DNA of 64,000 nucleotides from Escherichia coli (GTDB lineage Bacteria; Pseudomonadota; Gammaproteobacteria; Enterobacterales; Enterobacteriaceae): NCBI RefSeq assembly GCF_003334785.1, contig NZ_QOWV01000001.1; one strand, 5' to 3'. Shown piece by piece: positions 44,154 to 54,319 of this stretch (position 1 is its first letter; each line of letters starts with the position of its first letter). The notes under the pieces were generated by a model. It saw only the letters and a program-made list of their open reading frames with translations, ran no database searches and was not told where the DNA came from. The position numbers and the translations under genes were made by a program.

Positions 44154-45467
44154 ATGATAACCAATACAAAGCTTGACCCGATTGAAACCGCGTCTGTTGA
44201 TGAGTTACAGGCGTTGCAAACACAGCGTCTGAAATGGACGCTCAAACACGCGTATGAAAATGTGCCGATGTATCGGCGCAAATTCGACGCAGCAGGCGTA
44301 CATCCTGATGATTTCAGGGAACTTTCAGACCTGCGTAAATTTCCCTGTACCACCAAACAGGATCTGCGCGACAACTATCCCTTTGACACCTTTGCCGTGC
44401 CAATGGAACAAGTGGTGCGCATTCATGCTTCTTCGGGAACCACAGGTAAACCGACAGTTGTCGGCTATACGCAAAACGATATTGATAACTGGGCCAATAT
44501 TGTAGCGCGTTCTTTGCGTGCGGCAGGGGGCTCGCCCAAAGACAAAATTCATGTTGCCTATGGTTACGGCCTGTTTACTGGTGGGCTGGGTGCGCACTAT
44601 GGTGCCGAACGTCTGGGCGCTACGGTGATCCCGATGTCTGGCGGGCAGACGGAAAAACAAGCGCAACTGATCCGTGATTTTCAACCAGATATGATCATGG
44701 TTACGCCATCTTATTGCCTTAACCTGATTGAAGAGCTGGAGCGGCAGTTGGGCGGTGATGCCAGCGGTTGCTCGCTGCGGGTTGGAGTATTTGGTGCTGA
44801 GCCGTGGACACAGGCCATGCGTAAAGAGATTGAGCGTCGCCTGGGGATCACCGCACTGGATATTTATGGCCTGTCAGAAGTGATGGGGCCGGGGGTGGCG
44901 ATGGAGTGTCTGGAAACTACCGACGGCCCAACCATTTGGGAAGATCATTTCTATCCTGAAATTGTTAATCCTCATGACGGCACACCGCTTGCCGATGGTG
45001 AACATGGCGAACTGTTATTCACCACGCTGACCAAAGAAGCATTGCCGGTCATTCGTTACCGCACGCGTGATTTAACCCGACTGTTACCAGGAACGGCGCG
45101 GACTATGCGCCGCATGGATCGCATCAGCGGACGCAGCGATGACATGTTGATTATTCGCGGTGTAAATGTCTTTCCGTCACAACTGGAAGAAGAGATTGTC
45201 AAATTCGAACATTTATCGCCGCATTACCAACTGGAGGTGAACCGCCGGGGGCATCTTGATTCACTTTCTGTGAAAGTGGAGTTGAAAGAAAGTAGCCTGA
45301 CATTGACGCATGAGCAGCGTTGCCAGGTATGCCACCAGCTGCGCCATCGGATTAAGTCGATGGTGGGGATCTCTACCGATGTGATGATCGTTAACTGTGG
45401 CAGTATCCCGCGTTCAGAAGGCAAGGCGTGTCGGGTGTTTGATCTGCGCAATATTGTTGGTGCCTGA
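44154..45467 (+). CDS. paaK: Phenylacetate-CoA ligase
   Basis: ORF 44070..45467; start at MITNTKLDPIE (437 aa); adenylate-forming SSGTTGKP motif. Confidence 0.9.
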   Translation: MITNTKLDPIETASVDELQALQTQRLKWTLKHAYENVPMYRRKFDAAGVHPDDFRELSDLRKFPCTTKQDLRDNYPFDTFAVPMEQVVRIHASSGTTGKPTVVGYTQNDIDNWANIVARSLRAAGGSPKDKIHVAYGYGLFTGGLGAHYGAERLGATVIPMSGGQTEKQAQLIRDFQPDMIMVTPSYCLNLIEELERQLGGDASGCSLRVGVFGAEPWTQAMRKEIERRLGITALDIYGLSEVMGPGVAMECLETTDGPTIWEDHFYPEIVNPHDGTPLADGEHGELLFTTLTKEALPVIRYRTRDLTRLLPGTARTMRRMDRISGRSDDMLIIRGVNVFPSQLEEEIVKFEHLSPHYQLEVNRRGHLDSLSVKVELKESSLTLTHEQRCQVCHQLRHRIKSMVGISTDVMIVNCGSIPRSEGKACRVFDLRNIVGA

Positions 45468-45475
45468 TGTATCGT

Positions 45476-45508
45476 CTGGCCCTGGTGGGGTAAAGCGCCA
45501 GGGCCAGA
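45476..45508 (+). terminator. 10-bp perfect-stem hairpin downstream of paaK (possible terminator or REP-like)
   Basis: CTGGCCCTGG-N13-CCAGGGCCAG; weak U-tract. Confidence 0.4.
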
Positions 45509-45567
45509 AGTCGATACGACCTGTGCTATGATTCATAAATCACAACAATAACAACAGACTGAAGCGA

Positions 45568-46518
45568 ATGAGTAAACTTGATACTTTTATCCAACATGCT
45601 GTAAACGCTGTTCCGGTCAGTGGCACATCTTTGATCTCCTCTCTGTATGGTGATTCGCTTTCCCATCGTGGTGGTGAAATCTGGTTGGGTAGTCTGGCTG
45701 CTTTGCTGGAAGGGCTGGGATTTGGTGAGCGTTTCGTGCGCACCGCTTTGTTTCGTCTTAATAAAGAAGGCTGGCTGGATGTTTCCCGCATCGGGCGACG
45801 CAGTTTCTATAGCCTCAGTGATAAAGGCTTGCGCCTGACGCGACGGGCAGAAAGTAAAATTTATCGCGCAGAGCAACCTGCATGGGATGGTAAATGGCTC
45901 CTGTTGCTCTCGGAAGGTTTAGATAAATCAACGCTGGCTGATGTCAAAAAGCAGTTGATCTGGCAAGGTTTTGGCGCACTGGCACCCAGCCTGATGGCAT
46001 CGCCGTCGCAAAAACTGGCCGATGTACAGACACTTTTGCATGAAGCGGGTGTGGCGGATAACGTGATTTGTTTTGAAGCGCAAATACCACTGGCGCTTTC
46101 TCGCGCAGCACTGCGTGCCAGAGTAGAAGAGTGCTGGCATTTAACTGAACAAAATGCCATGTACGAAACCTTTATTCAGTCATTCCGCCCGCTGGTGCCG
46201 CTTTTAAAAGAGGCGGCAGACGAGTTAACCCCGGAGCGGGCATTTCATATTCAGCTTTTACTGATCCATTTTTATCGCCGTGTCGTCCTTAAAGACCCAT
46301 TGTTGCCGGAGGAGTTGCTTCCGGCACACTGGGCAGGGCATACGGCGCGTCAGCTGTGTATCAACATTTATCAGCGCGTAGCGCCTGCTGCTTTAGCGTT
46401 CGTTAGTGAAAAAGGTGAAACCTCGGTCGGTGAACTGCCTGCGCCGGGAAGCCTGTATTTTCAACGTTTTGGCGGCTTGAATATTGAACAGGAGGCGTTA
46501 TGCCAATTTATCAGATAG
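45568..46518 (+). CDS. paaX: Phenylacetyl-CoA-responsive transcriptional repressor PaaX
   Basis: 316-aa ORF; position after paaK. Confidence 0.9.
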
Positions 46519-47090
46519 ACGGTCTGACTCCGGTTGTGCCAGAAGAGAGTTTTGTCCATCCGACAGCGGTATTGATCGGCGATGTTATTCTCGGCAAGGG
46601 CGTTTACGTTGGGCCAAATGCCAGCCTGCGTGGCGATTTTGGTCGTATCGTGGTGAAAGATGGCGCGAACATTCAGGATAATTGCGTTATGCACGGTTTT
46701 CCCGAGCAGGATACTGTTGTAGGAGAAGATGGACATATTGGTCATAGCGCTATCCTTCACGGCTGCATTATCCGCCGCAATGCATTAGTGGGAATGAACG
46801 CGGTAGTGATGGACGGTGCGGTGATTGGCGAGAACAGCATTGTTGGTGCATCCGCATTTGTGAAAGCCAAAGCAGAAATGCCAGCTAATTACCTGATTGT
46901 CGGCAGCCCGGCGAAAGCGATTCGTGAACTCAGTGAGCAGGAGTTGGCATGGAAAAAGCAGGGTACGCATGAGTACCAGGTGCTGGTGACACGCTGTAAG
47001 CAGACGTTACATCAAGTCGAGCCATTGCGGGAAATTGAACCTGGCAGGAAACGCCTGGTATTTGATGAGAATCTGCGACCGAAACAGTAA
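46500..47090 (+). CDS. paaY: Hexapeptide-repeat thioesterase PaaY
   Basis: 196-aa ORF with left-handed beta-helix hexapeptide repeats; overlaps paaX end. Confidence 0.9.
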
Positions 47091-47122
47091 CAGATGTAAA
47101 ATTATTTTGTCCCTTTAATTAT

Positions 47123-47160
47123 AAAGCAGAGTTATGTTTAAGCTCTGCTTTATTTATTTG
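47123..47160 (+). terminator. Intrinsic terminator downstream of paaY
   Basis: AAAGCAGAG-N11-CTCTGCTTT followed by T-rich TATTTATTTG. Confidence 0.55.
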
Positions 47161-47420
47161 AGTATTAATTCATACCGTTTTTTCATCATATAATTATTTA
47201 TAATGAGAATGTGGTTTTAATTTGTAATTTATATTATATACACAATTTATATATTTCATGGTCTTTTTTTATTCACCTGAATTATAATTGTGAATTATAG
47301 GAAAGTATGTTTGATTAGATAATAATCTACTGGCAATATTGGATGTCTTCTATGTTTTAAATAACTAATTGGTCGGGTTAGTGCATCCGGCTTTCTTTAT
47401 ATTCGCCAGAAGGATTTATT

Positions 47421-50400
47421 ATGCAAAGGAAAACTCTATTGTCGGCCTGTATTGCATTAGCTCTGAGTGGTCAGGGTTGGGCGGCAGATATCACAGAGGT
47501 AGAAACCACCACAGGTGAAAAGAAAAATACCAATGTGACTTGTCCGGCAGACCCAGGAAAACTCAGTCCGGAAGAGCTTAAACGCTTACCCTCTGAATGC
47601 TCTCCTTTAGTCGAACAAAACCTGATGCCATGGCTTTCCACAGGCGCTGCTGCGTTAATCACGGCCTTAGCCGTAGTGGAACTAAACGACGATGATGATC
47701 ATCATCATCGCAACAATTCTCCACTCCCACCGACACCCCCTGATGATGAATCAGACGACACTCCAGTTCCCCCAACTCCTGGCGGAGATGAGATAATACC
47801 GGACGATCCGGATGATACGCCTACACCTCCCAAACCGGTTTCGTTTAATAATGACGTTATTCTCGATAAAACAGAAAAAACGTTAACTATTCGCGATTCA
47901 GTTTTTACTTATACCGAGAATGCTGACGGGACTATATCTCTGCAAGATAGCAATGGTCGTAAGGCAACGATTAATCTTTGGCAGATTGATGAAGCGAATA
48001 ACACTGTTGCCCTTGAAGGGGTGAGCGCAGATGGCGCAACGAAGTGGCAATATAATCACAACGGTGAGCTTGTTATTACGGGTGATAATGCCACAGTAAA
48101 CAACAATGGCAAAACCACCGTTGACGGTAAAGATTCCACCGGTACGGAAATCAACGGTAATAACGGGAAAGTGATTCAGGACGGCGATCTGGATGTCAGC
48201 GGCGGCGGTCACGGTATTGATATCACCGGTGACAGCGCGACGGTGGATAACAAGGGCACCATGACCGTCACCGATCCGGAGTCCATGGGTATCCAGATCG
48301 ACGGTGACAAGGCCATCGTCAATAACGAAGGCGAGAGCACCATCACCAACGGTGGCACCGGCACCCAGATTAATGGTGATGACGCCACGGCAAACAACAA
48401 CGGCAAAACCACCGTTGACGGCAAGGATTCCACCGGTACGGAAATCAACGGTAATAACGGAAAAGTTATTCAGGACGGCGATCTGGATGTCAGCGGCGGC
48501 GGTCACGGTATTGATATCACCGGCGACAGCGCAACGGTGGATAACAAGGGCACCATGACCGTCACCGATCCGGAGTCCATCGGTATCCAGATTGACGGCG
48601 ACCAGGCCATCGTCAATAACGAAGGCGAGAGCACTATCACCAATGGCGGCACCGGCACTCAGATCAACGGTAACGACGCCACCGCGAATAACAGTGGAAA
48701 AACCACTGTTGATGGAAAAGATTCCACGGGTACCAAAATCGCGGGCAATATCGGCATTGTAAATCTGGATGGTAGCCTGACTGTTACAGGCGGTGCGCAT
48801 GGTGTTGAGAACATTGGTGACAACGGCACGGTTAACAACAAAGGAGATATTGTTGTTTCCGATACTGGATCGATTGGCGTGCTCATCAACGGTGAGGGGG
48901 CAACAGTATCCAATACGGGTGATGTTAACGTTAGCAATGAAGCGACAGGGTTCAGCATCACAACCAACAGTGGGAAGGTTTCGCTGGCAGGCAGTATGCA
49001 GGTTGGCGATTTCTCGACCGGGGTAGATCTTAATGGCAACAATAACAGCGTGACGCTGGCGGCAAAAGATCTAAAAGTGGTCGGGCAGAAAGCGACGGGC
49101 ATAAACGTTTCTGGCGATGCGAATACAGTGAATATCACTGGTAACGTTCTGGTTGATAAGGATAAAACCGCAGACAATGCGGCGGAATATTTCTTCGATC
49201 CATCCGTGGGTATCAACGTTTACGGCAGTGATAATAACGTGACGCTGGATGGAAAGTTAACTGTTGTATCAGACAGTGAGGTTACTTCTCGTCAGAGTAA
49301 TTTATTTGATGGCAGCGCAGAGAAAACGTCAGGTCTGGTTGTGATTGGCGATGGCAATACCGTTAATATGAATGGTGGACTTGAACTGATTGGAGAGAAA
49401 AACGCGCTTGCAGATGGGTCGCAGGTTACTTCCTTGCGCACAGGATATAGTTATACCAGCGTTATTGTCGTTAGTGGTGAGTCGTCGGTATATCTGAATG
49501 GAGATACGACAATCAGCGGAGAATTCCCTCTGGGGTTTGCCGGGGTTATTCGGGTACAGGATAAAGCTTTGCTGGAAATTGGCAGTGGCGCTACGCTAAC
49601 AATGCAGGATATTGACAGTTTTGAACATCATGGGACAAGAACCCCAGAACTTACTTATGCTGATTCCGGTGCGAAAATTGTTAATAAAGGTACTGTTGAA
49701 ATTCAGAATTTAGGTTTTGCTTTTGTTACTGGTGAAAATACAACAGGTATAAATAGTGGCACGATCTCGTTATTACAAAATGGTAAAGATCCGGCACCGT
49801 CTCCCATTGTTTTACTGGCTACTAACGGAGGGAGCGCCACTAATGCAGGTACGATCACAGGTAAAGTGACGGAACAACATAGCGTATTTAACAAGTATTC
49901 AACGGGCACATCGAATTCATTTATTTTTAATAACGATGTCAGTAGCATAACAGGGTTAGTCGCTCAATCGAATAGCACAATTATCAATACTGACAGCGGC
50001 ATCATTGATTTGTATGGTCGTGGTAGTGTCGGCATGCTTGCTATAGCAGATTCAACAGCAGAAAATCAGGGTAAAATTACACTGGATTCTATGTGGGTAG
50101 ATGCAAATGACACTACCGCAATGCGAGATATAGCTAGCAACAGCGCCATTGACTTCGGTACAGGTGTGGGAGTTGGTACTGATAGTTATAGTGGTGCAGG
50201 GAAAAATGCAACAGCAATTAACCAATTGGGCGGTGTTATAACTATTTATAACGCCGGCGCAGGTATGGCGGCCTATGGCGCCAGCAATACAGTTATTAAC
50301 CAGGGGACGATTAACCTCGAAAAAAATGGTAATTATGACGATAGTCTGGCAGCAAATACTCTGGTAGGGATGGCTGTTTATGAGCATGGTACTGCTATCA

Positions 50401-53189
50401 ACGACCAGACGGGTGTTATCAATATCAATGTTGGTACTGGTCAGGCGTTTTATAACGATGGCACAGGAACAATTGTTAACTATGGTACAATCTGCACTTT
50501 CGGCGTGTGCCAATCGGGGAATGAGTACAATAATACAGATGATTTCACCTCACTGATCTATACCGGTGGCGATACGATTACACGAAGCGGAGAAACTGTA
50601 ACGCTAAATAAATCTGCTGCTGTGACTGATAAGCTGGCTGGGAATGTTGTTAATAGCGGAACGCTTTCCGGTGATCAAATTACGGTATCAAGCGGTCTTC
50701 TGGAAAATACCAGCGGTGGCATCATCAATAACTTAGTAAAACTTGACAAGGGTGCCGTCATTAAAAATGCCGGGGTGATGACGAATAACGTCGATGTTAG
50801 CGGTGGAATCCTCAATAATGCCGGAGAAATGACTGCGCAAATTACCATGAATGCTGGTGCTGATAGTTCGTTAGTGAACAACACCGGAACCATCAATAAA
50901 ATCGTGCAGAACGCGGGGGTATTCAATAATAGTGGCAGTGTAACAGGGCGGATGATGTCGGCTGGCGGGGTCTTTAATAATCAAACTGACGGGGCGATTA
51001 TGAGAGGTGCTGCGCTGACAGGTACTGCAGTGGCAAATAACGAAGGAACCTGGAACCTCGGAAGTAGTAGTGAGGGTAACAACACCGGGATGCTGGAAGT
51101 TAATAATAATTCAGCTTTCAATAACCGCGGCGAGTTTATTCTTGATAACGACAAGAATGCTGTGCACATCAACCAGTCCGGTACGCTTTATAATACCGGT
51201 CACATGAACATCAGTAATTCTTCCCACAACGGAGCCGTTAATATGTGGGGCGGAAATGGTCGTTTTATCAATGACGGAACGATTGATGTTTCTGCGAAGT
51301 CACTGGTAGTCAGCGCTAATAATGCCGGCGATCAGAATGCCTTCTTCTGGAACCAGGATAACGGGGTCATCAACTTCGATCACGACAGCGCCAGTGCCGT
51401 GAAAGTCACCCACAGCAACTTTATTGCCCAGAATGACGGCATCATGAACATCAGCGGCACCGGTGCTGTGGCTATGGAAGGTGATAAGAACGCGCAGCTG
51501 GTTAACAATGGCACCATCAACCTCGGTACCGCAGGCACTACTGACACGGGTATGATCGGTATGCAACTCGATGCCAACGCCACGGCGGATGCGGTAATCG
51601 AAAACAACGGCACCATCAATATCTTCGCCAATGACTCGTTTGCATTTAGCGTACTGGGTACAGTAGGTCATGTGGTTAACAACGGCACGGTGGTGATTGC
51701 CGATGGGGTTACGGGTTCTGGACTGATCAAGCAGGGCGACAGCATCAATGTTGAAGGTATGAACGGTAACAACGGTAATAGCAGCGAAGTGCATTATGGC
51801 GACTATACGTTGCCGGATGTGCCGAAGCCCAATACGGTTAGTGTAACGTCGGGAAGTGATGAGGCTGGTGGCAGCATGAACAACCTCAACGGCTATGTCG
51901 TCGGTACCAACGTTAACGGCAGCGCCGGGAAGCTGAAGGTTAACAATGCCAGCATGAACGGCGTGGAGATTAACACGGGCTTTACCGCTGGTACGGCAGA
52001 CACCACTGTGAGTTTTGATAACGTAGTGGAAGGTAGCAACCTGACCGACGCTGACGCCATCACCTCAACGTCCGTGGTATGGACTGCCAAAGGCAGCACC
52101 GATGCCAGCGGTAACGTTGACGTCACCATGAGCAAAAATGCCTACACCGATGTGGCAACAGATGCCTCGGTGAATGACATCGCGAAAGCACTGGATGCGG
52201 GTTACACCAACAACGAACTGTTTACCAGCCTGAACGTCGGCACGACTGCTGAACTGAACAGTGCTCTGAAACAGGTCAGCGGTAGCCAGGCGACCACGGT
52301 ATTCCGCGAAGCGCGCGTGTTAAGCAACCGCTTTAGTATGCTGGCAGATGCCGCGCCGAAAGTGGGTAACGGTCTGGCGTTCAACGTTGTCGCGAAAGGC
52401 GATCCGCGTGCCGAGTTAGGTAATAATACCGAATACGACATGCTGGCATTGCGTAAAACTATCGACCTGAGCGAAAGCCAGACGATGAGTCTGGAGTACG
52501 GTATCGCTCGTCTCGATGGTGATGGTGCGCAGAAAGCGGGTGATAATGGCGTTACAGGCGGTTATAGCCAGTTTTTTGGCCTGAAACATCAGATGTCGTT
52601 CGATAACGGCATGAACTGGAATAACGCCTTGCGTTACGACGTTCACAACCTTGACAGCAGCCGCTCGATTGCATTTGGCAACACGAACAAAACGGCTGAT
52701 ACCGACGTGAAACAGCAGTACCTGGAGTTCCGCAGCGAAGGGGCGAAGACTTTCGAACCGAGCGAAGGACTGAAGGTTACGCCATATGCGGGTGTAAAAC
52801 TGCGTCACACACTGGAAGGTGGCTATCAGGAGCGCAATGCCGGAGACTTTAACCTGAATATGAACAGTGGCAGCGAAACGGCGGTGGACAGCATCGTCGG
52901 GCTGAAACTGGACTACGCAGGTAAAGACGGCTGGAGCGCTAGCGCTACGCTGGAAGGCGGGCCGAACCTGAGCTACGCGAAGAGCCAGCGTACGGCAAGC
53001 CTGGCAGGCGCAGGCAGTCAGCACTTTAACGTCGATGACGGTCAGAAGGGCGGCGGCATCAATAGCCTGACAAGCGTCGGCGTGAAGTACAGCAGCAAAG
53101 AAAGTTCGCTGAATCTGGATGCGTACAACTGGAAAGAGGATGGCATCAGCGATAAAGGCGTGATGCTGAACTTCAAGAAAACGTTCTAA
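47421..53189 (+). CDS. ydbA: Large autotransporter adhesin YdbA (type Va secretion); intact 1922-aa reading frame
   Basis: Signal peptide MQRKTLLSACIALALSGQGWA; Asp/His then Pro-rich linker; long Gly/Thr/Asn-rich repetitive passenger; C-terminal beta-barrel ending ...GVMLNFKKTF with aromatic terminus. Confidence 0.9.
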   Translation: MQRKTLLSACIALALSGQGWAADITEVETTTGEKKNTNVTCPADPGKLSPEELKRLPSECSPLVEQNLMPWLSTGAAALITALAVVELNDDDDHHHRNNSPLPPTPPDDESDDTPVPPTPGGDEIIPDDPDDTPTPPKPVSFNNDVILDKTEKTLTIRDSVFTYTENADGTISLQDSNGRKATINLWQIDEANNTVALEGVSADGATKWQYNHNGELVITGDNATVNNNGKTTVDGKDSTGTEINGNNGKVIQDGDLDVSGGGHGIDITGDSATVDNKGTMTVTDPESMGIQIDGDKAIVNNEGESTITNGGTGTQINGDDATANNNGKTTVDGKDSTGTEINGNNGKVIQDGDLDVSGGGHGIDITGDSATVDNKGTMTVTDPESIGIQIDGDQAIVNNEGESTITNGGTGTQINGNDATANNSGKTTVDGKDSTGTKIAGNIGIVNLDGSLTVTGGAHGVENIGDNGTVNNKGDIVVSDTGSIGVLINGEGATVSNTGDVNVSNEATGFSITTNSGKVSLAGSMQVGDFSTGVDLNGNNNSVTLAAKDLKVVGQKATGINVSGDANTVNITGNVLVDKDKTADNAAEYFFDPSVGINVYGSDNNVTLDGKLTVVSDSEVTSRQSNLFDGSAEKTSGLVVIGDGNTVNMNGGLELIGEKNALADGSQVTSLRTGYSYTSVIVVSGESSVYLNGDTTISGEFPLGFAGVIRVQDKALLEIGSGATLTMQDIDSFEHHGTRTPELTYADSGAKIVNKGTVEIQNLGFAFVTGENTTGINSGTISLLQNGKDPAPSPIVLLATNGGSATNAGTITGKVTEQHSVFNKYSTGTSNSFIFNNDVSSITGLVAQSNSTIINTDSGIIDLYGRGSVGMLAIADSTAENQGKITLDSMWVDANDTTAMRDIASNSAIDFGTGVGVGTDSYSGAGKNATAINQLGGVITIYNAGAGMAAYGASNTVINQGTINLEKNGNYDDSLAANTLVGMAVYEHGTAINDQTGVININVGTGQAFYNDGTGTIVNYGTICTFGVCQSGNEYNNTDDFTSLIYTGGDTITRSGETVTLNKSAAVTDKLAGNVVNSGTLSGDQITVSSGLLENTSGGIINNLVKLDKGAVIKNAGVMTNNVDVSGGILNNAGEMTAQITMNAGADSSLVNNTGTINKIVQNAGVFNNSGSVTGRMMSAGGVFNNQTDGAIMRGAALTGTAVANNEGTWNLGSSSEGNNTGMLEVNNNSAFNNRGEFILDNDKNAVHINQSGTLYNTGHMNISNSSHNGAVNMWGGNGRFINDGTIDVSAKSLVVSANNAGDQNAFFWNQDNGVINFDHDSASAVKVTHSNFIAQNDGIMNISGTGAVAMEGDKNAQLVNNGTINLGTAGTTDTGMIGMQLDANATADAVIENNGTINIFANDSFAFSVLGTVGHVVNNGTVVIADGVTGSGLIKQGDSINVEGMNGNNGNSSEVHYGDYTLPDVPKPNTVSVTSGSDEAGGSMNNLNGYVVGTNVNGSAGKLKVNNASMNGVEINTGFTAGTADTTVSFDNVVEGSNLTDADAITSTSVVWTAKGSTDASGNVDVTMSKNAYTDVATDASVNDIAKALDAGYTNNELFTSLNVGTTAELNSALKQVSGSQATTVFREARVLSNRFSMLADAAPKVGNGLAFNVVAKGDPRAELGNNTEYDMLALRKTIDLSESQTMSLEYGIARLDGDGAQKAGDNGVTGGYSQFFGLKHQMSFDNGMNWNNALRYDVHNLDSSRSIAFGNTNKTADTDVKQQYLEFRSEGAKTFEPSEGLKVTPYAGVKLRHTLEGGYQERNAGDFNLNMNSGSETAVDSIVGLKLDYAGKDGWSASATLEGGPNLSYAKSQRTASLAGAGSQHFNVDDGQKGGGINSLTSVGVKYSSKESSLNLDAYNWKEDGISDKGVMLNFKKTF
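48085..48980 (+). repeat. Tandem direct repeats (period about 294 bp, about 3 units, third diverged) inside ydbA
   Basis: GGCAAAACCACCGTTGACGG at 48108 and 48402 and GGAAAAACCACTGTTGATGG at 48696; units 1 and 2 nearly identical at nucleotide level, encoding 98-aa passenger repeats. Confidence 0.75.
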
Positions 53190-53207
53190 TTTTTAGCATG
53201 TGATCCC

Positions 53208-53243
53208 TAAACCGCAACGCTGATACAGGTTGCGGTTTTTTTA
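53208..53243 (+). terminator. Intrinsic terminator downstream of ydbA
   Basis: AACCGCAAC-N10-GTTGCGGTT followed by T7. Confidence 0.8.
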
Positions 53244-53396
53244 TTGCCGGATGTGGTACGTGACGCGTTTTGTTTTGTGTCTTTCAGGACAATAGAGCAA
53301 CTCATCCAGTAATCTTGTTTACACCTTCGCATTATTTATCTCTTTTCGTTTCTATACTGATTTTTCTTAATCCGTTTTATTACAGGGCAGGGTGCG

Positions 53397-54257
53397 ATGA
53401 GCAGCAATACATTTACTCTCGGTACAAAATCCGTTAACCGTCTTGGTTATGGCGCGATGCAACTGGCAGGTCCTGGAGTTTTTGGCCCCCCACGAGATCG
53501 CCACGTCGCTATAACCGTGCTGCGTGAGGCGCTGGCATTGGGCGTCAATCATATTGATACCAGCGACTTTTATGGTCCGCACGTCACCAATCAGATTATC
53601 CGCGAAGCGCTTTATCCTTACTCTGACGACCTGACAATTGTCACTAAAATTGGTGCGCGGCGTGGAGAGGACGCATCCTGGTTGCCCGCATTTTCTCCGG
53701 CAGAGCTGCAAAAAGCGGTGCACGATAATCTACGTAATCTCGGGCTGGACGTGCTGGATGTGGTTAACCTGCGCGTTATGATGGGGGATGGTCATGGCCC
53801 AGCGGAAGGATCGATTGAGGCCAGCCTGACCGTGCTGGCAGAGATGCAACAACAAGGCCTGGTAAAACATATTGGCCTGAGCAACGTCACACCGACGCAG
53901 GTTGCAGAGGCGCGCAAGATTGCCGAAATTGTCTGTGTGCAAAACGAATACAACATCGCGCACCGTGCTGATGATGCAATGATTGATGCTTTGGCCCACG
54001 ATGGCATTGCCTACGTGCCGTTCTTCCCGCTCGGGGGCTTTACACCGCTGCAATCGTCCACACTTTCCGATGTTGCTGCGAGCCTGGGTGCAACACCAAT
54101 GCAGGTGGCGCTGGCGTGGCTGTTACAGCGTTCACCGAATATTTTGCTGATCCCAGGGACGTCTTCGGTTGCGCATTTACGGGAGAATATGGCTGCTGAA
54201 AAATTGCATCTTTCTGAGGAAGTGTTGTCTACGTTGGATGGTATTTCGCGAGAATAA
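53397..54257 (+). CDS. ydbC: Aldo-keto reductase YdbC (reported as pyridoxine 4-dehydrogenase PdxI)
   Basis: 286-aa ORF, AKR-family fold; synteny. Confidence 0.85.
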   Translation: MSSNTFTLGTKSVNRLGYGAMQLAGPGVFGPPRDRHVAITVLREALALGVNHIDTSDFYGPHVTNQIIREALYPYSDDLTIVTKIGARRGEDASWLPAFSPAELQKAVHDNLRNLGLDVLDVVNLRVMMGDGHGPAEGSIEASLTVLAEMQQQGLVKHIGLSNVTPTQVAEARKIAEIVCVQNEYNIAHRADDAMIDALAHDGIAYVPFFPLGGFTPLQSSTLSDVAASLGATPMQVALAWLLQRSPNILLIPGTSSVAHLRENMAAEKLHLSEEVLSTLDGISRE

Positions 54258-54266
54258 CGAATATAC

Positions 54267-54300
54267 AAAAGGGAAAGATGCATTTCCCTTTTTTTCTTTT
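54267..54300 (+). terminator. Intrinsic terminator downstream of ydbC
   Basis: AAGGGAAA-gatgca-TTTCCCTT followed by T-run. Confidence 0.7.
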
Positions 54301-54319
54301 TTAATGGCATGGAGTGCAT

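Noticed and set aside
47690-47715. GATGATGATCATCATCAT trinucleotide run in ydbA (encodes DDDDHHH) as a possible phase-variation tract
   Set aside because: Only 3+3 trinucleotide units and the repeat is in-frame, so slippage would not shift the frame; too short to be a convincing contingency locus
47898-53024. Multiple long antisense ORFs inside ydbA (e.g. 47898..48800, 48659..49216, 50052..50513, 51300..51794, 52416..53024, all minus strand)
   Set aside because: Shadow ORFs commonly arise opposite long, compositionally biased repetitive coding sequence; no start or Shine-Dalgarno support, and the sense-strand autotransporter frame is continuous
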